Of a DNA stretch of 58,535 bases, positions 9,725 to 18,722 are shown one piece after another (positions within the stretch are counted from its first letter, which is position 1; the number at the start of each line of letters is the position of its first letter). Under the pieces are notes generated by a model. The model did no database searches. It had not been told where the DNA came from and worked only from the letters and a program-made list of their open reading frames with translations. Position numbers and translations under genes: made by a program. The stretch comes from Saprospiraceae bacterium. GTDB taxonomy: Bacteria; Bacteroidota; Bacteroidia; Chitinophagales; Saprospiraceae. The stretch lies in the NCBI GenBank assembly GCA_045106885.1, contig JBGCFJ010000108.1, forward strand, positions 1-58,535. Direction: 5' to 3'.

Positions 9725-10444
9725 ATGAATAAAATTTACTTTTTAAATAAATGGAACAGCATGAATCTTAGGAATTTGGGGCATTATTTTCCTGTGGTAT
9801 TAATTTTATGCCTACTGTCTTTTGCAGTGAATGCCCAAACCCAATTGACGCAATCTTTCCGTTTTGAGAATGGTGTTTATAAATCCTTTGAAGCTTTTCA
9901 AAGAAATATGCCCACGCATACGGGCAATATGATAGAAGGTAATTTTTTTATTAATGAAAAAACAAAGCAGGCGAAAATAGAATATATTCGCTTAAAAGGG
10001 ACAGGCAAACGATTGGATTTGGATTCGATTTGGGGCGTAGTGATTCGAGGCATTCCTTATGTCAAAGCCAATCCTAATTTACCTGCTTATAGCCTGAAGG
10101 TATTTGCTGCTATGGAGGTACGAGGAAATATTTGCTATTACGCCTATGATGATATTGAAGAAAAAGAATTGACTTTTAAAGCTTATAATCCATTAATCGG
10201 TAAACCTTTTCGGACAGGAAAGGCGATGCGGAAATTACCCGTCATTAAAGAAAAAATGCTGCGGTTTGCTACGGGAGAAGTAATTGATTTTAACTACGAA
10301 AATCTTTTAGCATGGACTGCGGAAGAACCTGATATTATCCAAGCATTAAAGAGTTTGGGTGCTGTAAAAGCAGAAGACAAATTATTCGATGCCTTGTTAT
10401 TATATAATGATAAGCATGCCGTTAACTTCCCTGTCAATCAGTAA
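9725..10444 (+). CDS. hypothetical secreted/membrane-anchored protein between gldA and gldF
   Basis: 239 aa with a hydrophobic N-terminal segment ending AVNAQ (signal peptide-like). No domain recognised. An alternative start is the ATG at 9761. Confidence 0.55.
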   Translation: MNKIYFLNKWNSMNLRNLGHYFPVVLILCLLSFAVNAQTQLTQSFRFENGVYKSFEAFQRNMPTHTGNMIEGNFFINEKTKQAKIEYIRLKGTGKRLDLDSIWGVVIRGIPYVKANPNLPAYSLKVFAAMEVRGNICYYAYDDIEEKELTFKAYNPLIGKPFRTGKAMRKLPVIKEKMLRFATGEVIDFNYENLLAWTAEEPDIIQALKSLGAVKAEDKLFDALLLYNDKHAVNFPVNQ

Positions 10445-10541
10445 GACGGTAGATGGTTTACGGTACACGGTGTGGAATAGGTTTAGAATCAGCTCATAGA
10501 ACGATGAAAATAATTAATAATCAATCAACTAATCAACCTAA

Positions 10542-11273
10542 ATGCTCAGCATCTTTTATAAAGAAATAAATACTTTTTTTAGTTCACTAATTGGCTATAT
10601 TGTTATAGGCATTTTCTTGGTTTTTATGGGCTTAATACTCTGGGTATTTCCAGATTATAGTTTGTTGAAATACAAGGTCGCTTCTCTAGACGCCTTGTTT
10701 GAAATAGCGCCCATCATCTTTTTATTTTTGATTCCTGCTATTACCATGCGCTCGTTTGCGGAAGAAAAACAAACAGGCACGATTGAGTTATTGGTGACTC
10801 GCCCTTTAAGAGATTGGGAAATCGTTTTGGGGAAATTTTTTGCCTGTTGGTTATTAGTCATTTTTGCTTTGCTACCAACGCTTTTGTATTATTATACGAT
10901 GCATGAATTGGGTTCGCCTAAAGGGAATTTAGATGCAGGAGCGATTGCTGGTTCCTATATTGGCTTGTCTTTATTAGGCGGTACTTTTGTAGCCATTGGC
11001 TTATTGGCTTCTTCTATTACAGATAATCAAATCATTGCTTTTATACTGGCTTTCTTTTTCTGCTTTTTGTTTTACTGGGGCTTTGATTACCTCAGTAGAT
11101 TACCTGTTTTTTTAGGGAAAACAGATGATATTGTACAGATGATTGGCATTGACTATCATTATATGTCTATTAGTCGAGGGGTTTTGGATAGCCGAGATTT
11201 GATTTATTTTATATCGGTTATTGGGGTGTTTTTAATGGGTAGTCAAGTGGCTTTGGAAAGTCGGAAGTGGTGA
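10542..11273 (+). CDS. gldF: gliding-motility ABC transporter permease GldF
   Basis: 243 aa with 6 TM segments. The N-terminus MLSIFYKEINTFFSSLIGYIVIGIFL is the typical GldF/ABC-2 opening, and gldG lies immediately downstream. Confidence 0.8.
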   Translation: MLSIFYKEINTFFSSLIGYIVIGIFLVFMGLILWVFPDYSLLKYKVASLDALFEIAPIIFLFLIPAITMRSFAEEKQTGTIELLVTRPLRDWEIVLGKFFACWLLVIFALLPTLLYYYTMHELGSPKGNLDAGAIAGSYIGLSLLGGTFVAIGLLASSITDNQIIAFILAFFFCFLFYWGFDYLSRLPVFLGKTDDIVQMIGIDYHYMSISRGVLDSRDLIYFISVIGVFLMGSQVALESRKW

Positions 11274-11456
11274 TTTACAGGATGACAGAATTATGCAGGA
11301 TTAACAAGGTGGACGAGCTGGGAGGATGCAATACTGATTTGGATGGATTTAACAGATATAAACGGATTTTTAGTTCTCTTACAAGTTATTTTCTGCGCAA
11401 ACCCCGACTTTCGGGGCAGGCTTTGGCAAGAGTTTATTCTAAGAGGTTGATAGTCA

Positions 11457-11536
11457 AGAGGTCAGAAGTCAGACCAAAAATTAAAATTTTCTGTCAGAAG
11501 TCAGACTTTTGACGAGTGCCAAATCTGACTGACTTC
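11457..11536. repeat. dispersed ~50-nt repeat (copy 2)
   Basis: agaggtcagaagtcagaccaaaaattaaaattttctgtcagaagtcagac is in direct orientation relative to copy 1 at 9501. A partial inverted arm aaatctgactgacttc follows. Confidence 0.8.
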
Positions 11537-11663
11537 TATGGTACTGGCTCTGCCAGGTTAGGGGGTGCATATTTTAAAATGTAGTTTTTCAGAATTAACA
11601 AAATTTATAAAGAGTGGGCGAAATCTCTATTCTCTAATCTCGCCTCTCTATTCTCAAAAAGAT

Positions 11664-13352
11664 ATGAAGCAATCTATTTTAAATTTATTATTAGTTATCG
11701 GCATTGCTATTGGATTGAATGTAATTGGCAATCATTTTTATGGTTACTTGGATTTGACCGAAGAAAAGCGCTATACATTGACCCAACCAACGCAGGATTT
11801 ATTAGAAAATCTGGATGATGTGGTTTATGTCAATGTGCTTTTAGAAGGTGAATTTCCAGCTGGATTTAAGCGATTGCAAAAAGCAACTAGAGAAATTTTA
11901 GACGATTTTCGGAGTATTTCGGGCTATGTGGACTATGAATTCGAAGACCCAATTCCAAATAGCTTACCCGTTGAAGAAAAGAATAACCGCATCAAACAAT
12001 TACAAAACGATGGATTAAGGGCGAAAAATTTAAGGATTCGAGATGGTAAAGAACAAAAGACGGTTCGTTTTTATCCTTATGCAGTTTTGACTTATAAAGG
12101 CAGGAGTATTCCCGTTGATTTGGTGGGCGAAGATATTCCAGGGATGTCTTCTCATGAGGCATTAAATAATAGTATTGGCTTATTAGAATATAAATTATCG
12201 AATGCCATTCAAAAATTACAGACTTCTCGAAAACCAGTGATTGCTTTTACTTCTAGTCATGGCGAATTACCAGTGGCAAATACTCAAGATATTAGAAATG
12301 AATTGCGTGCTTTTTATGAGGTAGGAGATGTTATTTTAGATAGTCTAGTACAAATTAATGCTGGAATTTCTGTCTTAATTGTAGCTAAACCAACTACGGC
12401 TTTTAGTGAAAAAGATAAGTTTAAAATTGACCAATATGTGATGAATGGAGGGAAGGTGATTTGGTTGATTGATGCCATGAATGTAAATTTAGATAGTCTT
12501 GGGCGTTCAGGAGCTTATGCCCCTTATCCTTATACTTCTGACCTTTTTAATTTGGATAATTTACTCTTTAATTATGGAGTGAAAATCAATAATAGTTTAG
12601 CTATGGATTTGCAGAGTACTCAGATTCCGCAAATTATTGATGAACGGGGAACACCGCAATTATTTCCGTGGCCTTATCACTTAATGTCTATTCCTAATCA
12701 AGAACATCCTATCACAAAAAGTTTAGGCCCTGTCAACTTATTATTTGCGAATACCATTGATTCTTTCCGAACTAAAACGCCTATTGACAAAACCTTTTTA
12801 TTGACGACTTCTGAACGAAGTAAGGCACAATTATTTCCAATGCGCTTAAGTTTTGAAATCCTCAAATCTAAGCCTGATTTGGCTACTTATAATAAATCGT
12901 TTCAACCACTTGGGATATTATTAGAAGGGGAATTTCCATCGCTATACGAAAACCGACCTAAAGGAGATTTTTTAAAAGTTTATAACCAATTGGGATTTGA
13001 GTATAAAACGAGAAGTACGCCGACAAAAATGTTAGTCGTGGCGGACGGAGATATTATTAGTAATTATGCCGACCCTGCCCAAAATAGATATGCACCGCTA
13101 GGGTTTAATCGTTATGTTAAACATACGTTTGCTAATAAAGACTTCTTAATTAATGCCATCGAATATATGGTAGATGATAATGGGGTGATTGCCGCTCGTT
13201 CTAAGGAAGTGAAATTGCGCTTATTGAATGAGACAAAAGCGGAAGAGGAGGAAACAAAATGGCAAATCATAAATATTGTAGTGCCGCTGCTTTTATTGTT
13301 GCTGTTTGGATTTGGGTATAATTATTGGCGAAGATGGAAGTATGCTAGATAA
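11664..13352 (+). CDS. gldG: gliding-motility ABC transporter auxiliary protein GldG
   Basis: About 562 aa from the ATG at 11664 (MKQSILNLLLVIGIAIG). It has N- and C-terminal TM anchors, and its size and position after gldF fit GldG. The track start at 11565 is a likely over-extension. Confidence 0.75.
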   Translation: MKQSILNLLLVIGIAIGLNVIGNHFYGYLDLTEEKRYTLTQPTQDLLENLDDVVYVNVLLEGEFPAGFKRLQKATREILDDFRSISGYVDYEFEDPIPNSLPVEEKNNRIKQLQNDGLRAKNLRIRDGKEQKTVRFYPYAVLTYKGRSIPVDLVGEDIPGMSSHEALNNSIGLLEYKLSNAIQKLQTSRKPVIAFTSSHGELPVANTQDIRNELRAFYEVGDVILDSLVQINAGISVLIVAKPTTAFSEKDKFKIDQYVMNGGKVIWLIDAMNVNLDSLGRSGAYAPYPYTSDLFNLDNLLFNYGVKINNSLAMDLQSTQIPQIIDERGTPQLFPWPYHLMSIPNQEHPITKSLGPVNLLFANTIDSFRTKTPIDKTFLLTTSERSKAQLFPMRLSFEILKSKPDLATYNKSFQPLGILLEGEFPSLYENRPKGDFLKVYNQLGFEYKTRSTPTKMLVVADGDIISNYADPAQNRYAPLGFNRYVKHTFANKDFLINAIEYMVDDNGVIAARSKEVKLRLLNETKAEEEETKWQIINIVVPLLLLLLFGFGYNYWRRWKYAR

Positions 13353-13370
13353 GCTTATAATAAATAAAAT

Positions 13371-13440
13371 ATCCGTTGCCTTTATTCATTCATTGGTTAA
13401 ATTGTTTTAGATAACCCACGGATAAATGAAGGCAACGGAT
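13371..13440. repeat. 70-nt hairpin, ATCCGTTGCC family; likely terminator of gldG
   Basis: atccgttgcctttattcattcattgg ... ccacggataaatgaaggcaacggat. A second family member lies at 49537-49599. Confidence 0.8.
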
Positions 13441-13521
13441 ACTATATTGTATAATTGAAACTAATACCTATGTTACTTTTGATTTTTAATACAGATTTTA
13501 GACGATTTTTCCAGCTACACG

Positions 13522-13556
13522 GAATTCATCATTCATCGTTCATCGTTCATCATTCC
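13522..13556. repeat. GAATTCATC word array
   Basis: gaattcatcattcatcgttcatcgttcatcattcc abuts the dehalogenase stop codon. It is the same family as 3723-3756 and 33927-33952. Confidence 0.8.
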
Positions 13557-14450
13557 TTAAGTCGTTTGCATAAACTCAACCATCAACCTAGCAATCTCTT
13601 CCCCTTTATCATCTTGTAAAAAATGCCCACCACCTTCGATAATGGTATGTTTTTGACCTTTTGTGCCTGGAATTAACTTTTGTAATACTCTTTCTCCACC
13701 TTTTGTAATGGGGTCGCTATCAGAAAATAAAGTTAAAAATGGCTTGTCAAATTTCATTAAAGAAGCCCATGCCTTTTTATTATTGACGGTTTCTGGATTG
13801 TCTGCTGTTGTTGGTACTAAAGCTGGGAAGATTCTTGCGCCTGCTTTATATGTTTCATCTGGAAAAGGTGCATCATAAGCGGCAATTTCAGCGTCTGTTA
13901 ATTCGACTACCGTCGCTTTTTGAATCATAGACCCAACAGGGAAAACAGAAACCGTTTGAGAAAAATGTTGCCATTTTTTAAAAGCTTCATTAGCGCCATG
14001 TTCTCCTGTAGGTAAACCTGAATTACCGACAACGCCTCTACTAAATCGTTCTGATTCTTCTGCTAATATTCTAAGTCCTATTAATCCTCCCCAATCTTGA
14101 CAAAATAAATTGATGCCTTGTAAATCTAATTGATGGACCAATGATTTAGTCCAGTCAATATGTTTTTGATAGGTATAATCTGATGTTTTGGTCGGTTTAG
14201 AAGATTTTCCAAAACCAATTAAATCTGGAGCAATAGTTCGATAACCTGCTGCTACAAAAACAGGAATCATTTCCCTATATAAATAAGACCAACTAGGCTC
14301 CCCGTGTAATAATAAAACGATTTCGCCATCTTTTGGTCCTTCGTCCACATAATGCATTTTCATGCCTTCGCCTACTTCGACATAATTAGGTGAAAAAGGA
14401 TAGTCTGGTAAATTGTCAAATCTTGAATCGGGTGTGGTTAAAAATTCCAT
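13557..14450 (-). CDS. haloalkane dehalogenase (alpha/beta hydrolase, HLD-I type)
   Basis: From the ATG at 14450: MEFLTTPDSRFDNLPDYPFSPNYVEV, HGEPSWSYLYR, and the nucleophile elbow CQDWGG. The 46 extra N-terminal codons in the track ORF look non-coding. Confidence 0.75.
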   Translation of the reverse strand: MEFLTTPDSRFDNLPDYPFSPNYVEVGEGMKMHYVDEGPKDGEIVLLLHGEPSWSYLYREMIPVFVAAGYRTIAPDLIGFGKSSKPTKTSDYTYQKHIDWTKSLVHQLDLQGINLFCQDWGGLIGLRILAEESERFSRGVVGNSGLPTGEHGANEAFKKWQHFSQTVSVFPVGSMIQKATVVELTDAEIAAYDAPFPDETYKAGARIFPALVPTTADNPETVNNKKAWASLMKFDKPFLTLFSDSDPITKGGERVLQKLIPGTKGQKHTIIEGGGHFLQDDKGEEIARLMVEFMQTT

Positions 14451-14854
14451 TTTTTGATTAGGTTTAAAACTGGTAGCACAGACTTTAGTCTGTTCCGTTA
14501 AAAGGTCTTTAGACCTTGGTTTAGTCAAGCTAAATAAATACCAACCTAAAGGTCGTTGAACAGGACAAACTAAAACTTGTGCTACCAATAAATAGAAATA
14601 ATGGCTAATTTACTATTTTTCTTCAAATTAGTATTTAAATACTAATTTCTTTTAATGAATTATTTTTTGCCAATCAAAATTAGGAATGATTTAGTTCTAA
14701 TGAAGACTGTTTCTAATATAAAATGAAAGTTTGGTTTTTATTTAGCACTATTTTCAAAAGTATGGGTAACGGTAAAATACTGATTCAAAACTGATGTGTT
14801 GGATACTTTCAAAGTCTGACGATTACCCACAGAATAGTTTTTAATAGTGGTTCT

Positions 14855-15144
14855 CTGACAAATCCTGTGAAATGAGATTTTAATCGTCCGATGACTGCGT
14901 CGTCGGATGATTAAAATCAGCTCATCCGACGACGCTAGTCATCGGACGAGCTGATTTTCCATGGGATTTGTCAAAGACCCTTAATAGTGCCGAAGCTACG
15001 CTCCTTTGAAAAAAGAGCTACAAAAATGATACTATTACAGACGGTGTCGGAGCGATGCTCCTTTAAAAACGTCTAAAGAGCATCGCTCTGACCCCGTCTG
15101 TAGCAAAATGATATTAAAAATGCACCAAAGGAGCGTAGCTTCGA
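14855..15144. repeat. two adjacent complex nested inverted-repeat elements
   Basis: Element 1 (14855-14973): outer tgacaaatcc/ggatttgtca, inner gattttaatc/gattaaaatc and cagctc/gagctg, and a 25-nt arm cgtccgatgactgcgtcgtcggatg pairing with catccgacgacgctagtcatcggacg. Element 2 (14990-15144): outer gaagctacgctcctttg/caaaggagcgtagcttc, inner acagacgg..gagcgatgctc / gagcatcgctc..ccgtctgt. Confidence 0.8.
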
Positions 15145-15242
15145 CCCCGTTCTGCCATTTTATGCTGTAGGTAATCAATAGACTTTCAAAGTGTCCGACA
15201 CGTTAAATATTTTGTACGCTCCAAGCGTTTTGACTACTAATA

Positions 15243-18200
15243 TTAAGACTTTGCTTTAGCAATATTCGTCCTTTTCCCAATTTTACTTCCCTTTCCAATT
15301 TTTCCACCTTTTGAAATAGTTGGACGGCCCATAGTACGAGTAATCGTTATTGATTTTTCAGTGTTTCCGCCCTCATTCTTAGCAATGACTTTAATCTTAT
15401 TTGACCCTAATTTTAATGGAATCATAGCGACTAATTTTCCATTATTAAAATCAAAATCGTTGAAAGTATTGCCATTTACCTTTAAGGTTAAATCGCTATC
15501 CTTATTCACATTTTTGATAGAAGCTGTTACCCGTTCTCTGGTTTGTTGTGTTTGACTTTGCTTAGCAGTCAATTGAACGCTTGGCTTAGCCATCATCGGG
15601 CGATAATTCAAAGTCAACACTTCTTCAACACTAACATTCCTACTATTAGCAACTAAGCGAATAATATTTCTACCTTTTTTCAATTTAATCGTACTACTAA
15701 GTGTTCCTCTATTAAAATCAAAATCAGTTGACTTGTTGTTTACGGTTAATTGCAAGTCGTCTTTATTATTGACATGTTTTAAGGTTGCTTTTACCTTGAT
15801 TCTATCTTCTCTTACTTCCGTCTTATCCTCATGACTGACAAAAGTTATAGTCGCTTTTCTAGTTCGTAAGTAATTGATTTGTAAATTCACTTCCTCCTTA
15901 CCATACTCATTATTCACCTTAAAAATCAGCGTATTTCTACCTTCTTTTAAGCGAACAGGTACGGTAAAATAATCTCCATCTAAGGTTGAATTTTCTGCAA
16001 GTACCCCATTTACAAATAACTTCGCATCTTTTTTCCTAGTTACATTTTTGACTGTTGCCGCAAATTCAATCCGACTAGTTTCAAAGGTCTGATTGTCTCT
16101 AATATTATCTAAAGCAATACTTGGCGGTTGAGGGAGATAGTAGTCCACATTTTTCACTTCTCTAGTTTCTCCGTATTTATTGGTTGCAATTATTTCAATG
16201 CTGTTTTTTCCCTCACGTAATCGTAAATTAGCGTCCAATTTATTATCTCTAAATCGGTAGTCGCTAACTACTTGGTTGCCTAAAAATATTTGTAAATCTT
16301 GCTTGTTGTCAATATGCTCAATCGTTGCTTTTAGTCGAATTTCTTTTTTATCGGTAGTCGCAAAATCTGGCGTTCTTAATTTAATGATTGGTGCATGAGG
16401 TCTTTCGTGAAAAACAGTGATTCGCTGGTGGTCTGTGCCATTTGGATTATTTACTTTAAGCACGATTACATTTTCTCCTTTTCGTAAATCTACCTTTGCT
16501 CGGAAATTGCCGTTGCTTGGATTAAACCTGAAGTCAAGACAATCTTCTTGGTTTACTCGAAACTCAATATCTCTTTTATTTAACACACCACTTAAATTTG
16601 CTTTTATCGTGATTGCTCGTTCCTCAAAAACATCATTTCTCCTTGGTTGGTAAATATCCACATTTGGAATAATGACAACTGGTGGTGGAGGTGGTGGCAA
16701 TGGTACTTCAAAATTAATAAGGGCGTTAGCATCTGCTCTTCCTGCCTCATTTTGTGCTTCAATCAATACTTGATTGATACCTGCACTTAAATATAAATTA
16801 TGTCGCAAAACCCCTGTATTCGGATTGAAATCAAAATCATAAATAGTCAATCCATTATTCATCAATCGAATATCAGCTTTGTTGAAAACATTTTCTACCG
16901 TCGCATGAATAACTACTAGTGCTTCTATAGTGGTAGATTCTCGGTATTGTGGCGCATTAATAGTGACCCTTGGTCGACGTACCGTTGGCGTATATCTTCG
17001 CTCGTAATTAATCGTTCTTTGGTCTCTAGCTTCTCCTCTTTTATTCCTCGCAATGACTTCAATTTTATTGCTGCCTTCTCTTAATTCAATGTCCGCTTTT
17101 AAATGTCCATTCTGGTAATCAAAATAGAAATTTGGTTCGTTTCTGTCATTTACAATTAATTGAATGTCAGAAGATTGTGCAATGTGTTGTAAGTTGACTT
17201 TTATAGTGGCTAAGCGATTATCTACTTTTGCATTATTATAAGTCGGACTTGTGAAGTTTACCGTTGGAAAAGCAATCGGTAATTCTCGGTAAAGCGTTCT
17301 AGTTATGCGTTGCTCGCCACTTCTATTTTTAGCTTTTATTTCAATAGTATTTGTACCTTCTCTTAAATCTATTACTGCCTCTAAAATACCAATTCCTGCA
17401 TCAAAATCAAAGCGTTCTTTTTTACCATTTACGTTTAATTCTATCGCTCTTTTATCGTCAACCAACCTTACTTTAGCCCTTACTTTAACACGATTTTCTG
17501 TTGTCTTTTCATTATCGTAAGCAGGAGCGGTGAAAATAATTTCTGGTGTACCAAAGTCAATGACTTCGGCAGATTTAGGGATATTTTTTTCATAGGTTAA
17601 AAAGATGGTCTTTTTAGCTGTTCCTGCTGCATTATTTGCCGTAATAACGATTTTGTTTTCGCCTGCTTTTAAGCGAATTTGACCTGCTAATTTATGATTA
17701 GAGAAATTAAATCGCTGCTCTATTCCATTCACGGTTAAGTAAACATCAAAAGGATTCTCTACTCGACTAATATTGGCTTCAATTGGCACAAGGGCTTTTC
17801 TCGTACTTAAGCCACTACCATAAGGTTCGACTAGTTCTATTATTGGTAGTCGATTTTTTTGAGGCGTATTTTTTTGATTAAACCTATATTTTAAACCCAA
17901 AGAAGTATAATGCAATCTATCGTTATTTCCTGTCAAAGCACTGGCATTTGTCCACTGTTGTCCGTCCAATAAATCTGTGCCAGAGAAAGTCATTCTATGG
18001 CCAAGTCCTACCGCTAAATTATTGGTTAAATCATAATCTAATTCTACGCCTAAAGAAGGCATAATACCAAATTTTCCAGCCGACCCAAAACCATCTGCTA
18101 ACGTTTCGTATTCTCCATCTCGAAGACTTTCTAATTGAGACAAATTAAATGGCTTCGCACCACCTGCGTCTACTCGACTATAGCCATCTGCATAGAGTCC

Positions 18201-18722
18201 ATTGGCATCTCTTTGGTCAATTTTTGCTTGGTACCAATTTAAACCTACACCTCCTGTAAAAGAAATACCTAAACCAGTTGCTTCTCTTAAGCCATTGAGC
18301 GTCAAAACACCTTCCATACCTAATTCTACTTGATTGGTTTTATGATTGGCATAGACTAAATCACCACCAGGTTCTCCGCTGTAATCCAAGGTTTTTTCTC
18401 CATTTAAGGCATCGTTATTAGCAATGCCTAGAGAAGGGCGAATATCTGTTCCAAAAGAACGAGCGACTTGAAAACGGCTCCGAACATCGAAGCTAAATGG
18501 GGCGTGTGGCGCATAGATTAAATTTTTACCATAAGTCAATCCTAGACCAAAGCCACTTAAATCAGTAGCCACGTCACTCTGTTGGTAGGCAGCGCCTCCA
18601 TTAATACCAAAGATGTAATCTCCTTGTTGTCTGTTTTGGGTGGTTGTTTGCTGGGCAGTTAAGTCTGTTGTCAAGAAAATTGCAAAAGTCATTAAAACTG
18701 CTAATTGGGTCCATCTAATCAT
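15243..18722 (-). CDS. large outer-membrane protein: N-terminal beta-barrel domain followed by 9 tandem ~90-aa Ig-like repeats and a Lys-rich tail
   Basis: 1159 aa with a signal peptide. Residues ~25-281 have alternating beta-strand character and end in an OMP-like terminal strand, YTSLGLKYRF. Nine repeats follow with the pattern V.A.V..V....D..L.VNG....F.F....G.L.A.I.L.EG.N.I.I.A.N..G. A PPPPPP linker lies mid-protein. Confidence 0.7.
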   Translation of the reverse strand: MIRWTQLAVLMTFAIFLTTDLTAQQTTTQNRQQGDYIFGINGGAAYQQSDVATDLSGFGLGLTYGKNLIYAPHAPFSFDVRSRFQVARSFGTDIRPSLGIANNDALNGEKTLDYSGEPGGDLVYANHKTNQVELGMEGVLTLNGLREATGLGISFTGGVGLNWYQAKIDQRDANGLYADGYSRVDAGGAKPFNLSQLESLRDGEYETLADGFGSAGKFGIMPSLGVELDYDLTNNLAVGLGHRMTFSGTDLLDGQQWTNASALTGNNDRLHYTSLGLKYRFNQKNTPQKNRLPIIELVEPYGSGLSTRKALVPIEANISRVENPFDVYLTVNGIEQRFNFSNHKLAGQIRLKAGENKIVITANNAAGTAKKTIFLTYEKNIPKSAEVIDFGTPEIIFTAPAYDNEKTTENRVKVRAKVRLVDDKRAIELNVNGKKERFDFDAGIGILEAVIDLREGTNTIEIKAKNRSGEQRITRTLYRELPIAFPTVNFTSPTYNNAKVDNRLATIKVNLQHIAQSSDIQLIVNDRNEPNFYFDYQNGHLKADIELREGSNKIEVIARNKRGEARDQRTINYERRYTPTVRRPRVTINAPQYRESTTIEALVVIHATVENVFNKADIRLMNNGLTIYDFDFNPNTGVLRHNLYLSAGINQVLIEAQNEAGRADANALINFEVPLPPPPPPVVIIPNVDIYQPRRNDVFEERAITIKANLSGVLNKRDIEFRVNQEDCLDFRFNPSNGNFRAKVDLRKGENVIVLKVNNPNGTDHQRITVFHERPHAPIIKLRTPDFATTDKKEIRLKATIEHIDNKQDLQIFLGNQVVSDYRFRDNKLDANLRLREGKNSIEIIATNKYGETREVKNVDYYLPQPPSIALDNIRDNQTFETSRIEFAATVKNVTRKKDAKLFVNGVLAENSTLDGDYFTVPVRLKEGRNTLIFKVNNEYGKEEVNLQINYLRTRKATITFVSHEDKTEVREDRIKVKATLKHVNNKDDLQLTVNNKSTDFDFNRGTLSSTIKLKKGRNIIRLVANSRNVSVEEVLTLNYRPMMAKPSVQLTAKQSQTQQTRERVTASIKNVNKDSDLTLKVNGNTFNDFDFNNGKLVAMIPLKLGSNKIKVIAKNEGGNTEKSITITRTMGRPTISKGGKIGKGSKIGKRTNIAKAKS

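Noticed and set aside
11267-11512. 81-aa ORF after gldF. Also the intergenic ORFs 31455..31745, 44571..44792, 46469..46702, 46821..47141, 47874..48107, 52433..52639 and 52740..52922.
   Set aside because: All run through palindromic or word-array intergenic sequence or overlap real gene ends. None has a motif or a plausible start context.
13557-14588. Long N-terminal extensions in the track ORFs: dehalogenase 343 aa, gldG from 11565, DUF983 from 34554, fbp from 50823, MTase from 44354, and the membrane protein from 27787
   Set aside because: The extra codons begin at non-ATG starts, read through repeat or intergenic-looking sequence, or create gene overlaps. Internal ATGs give family-typical N-termini.
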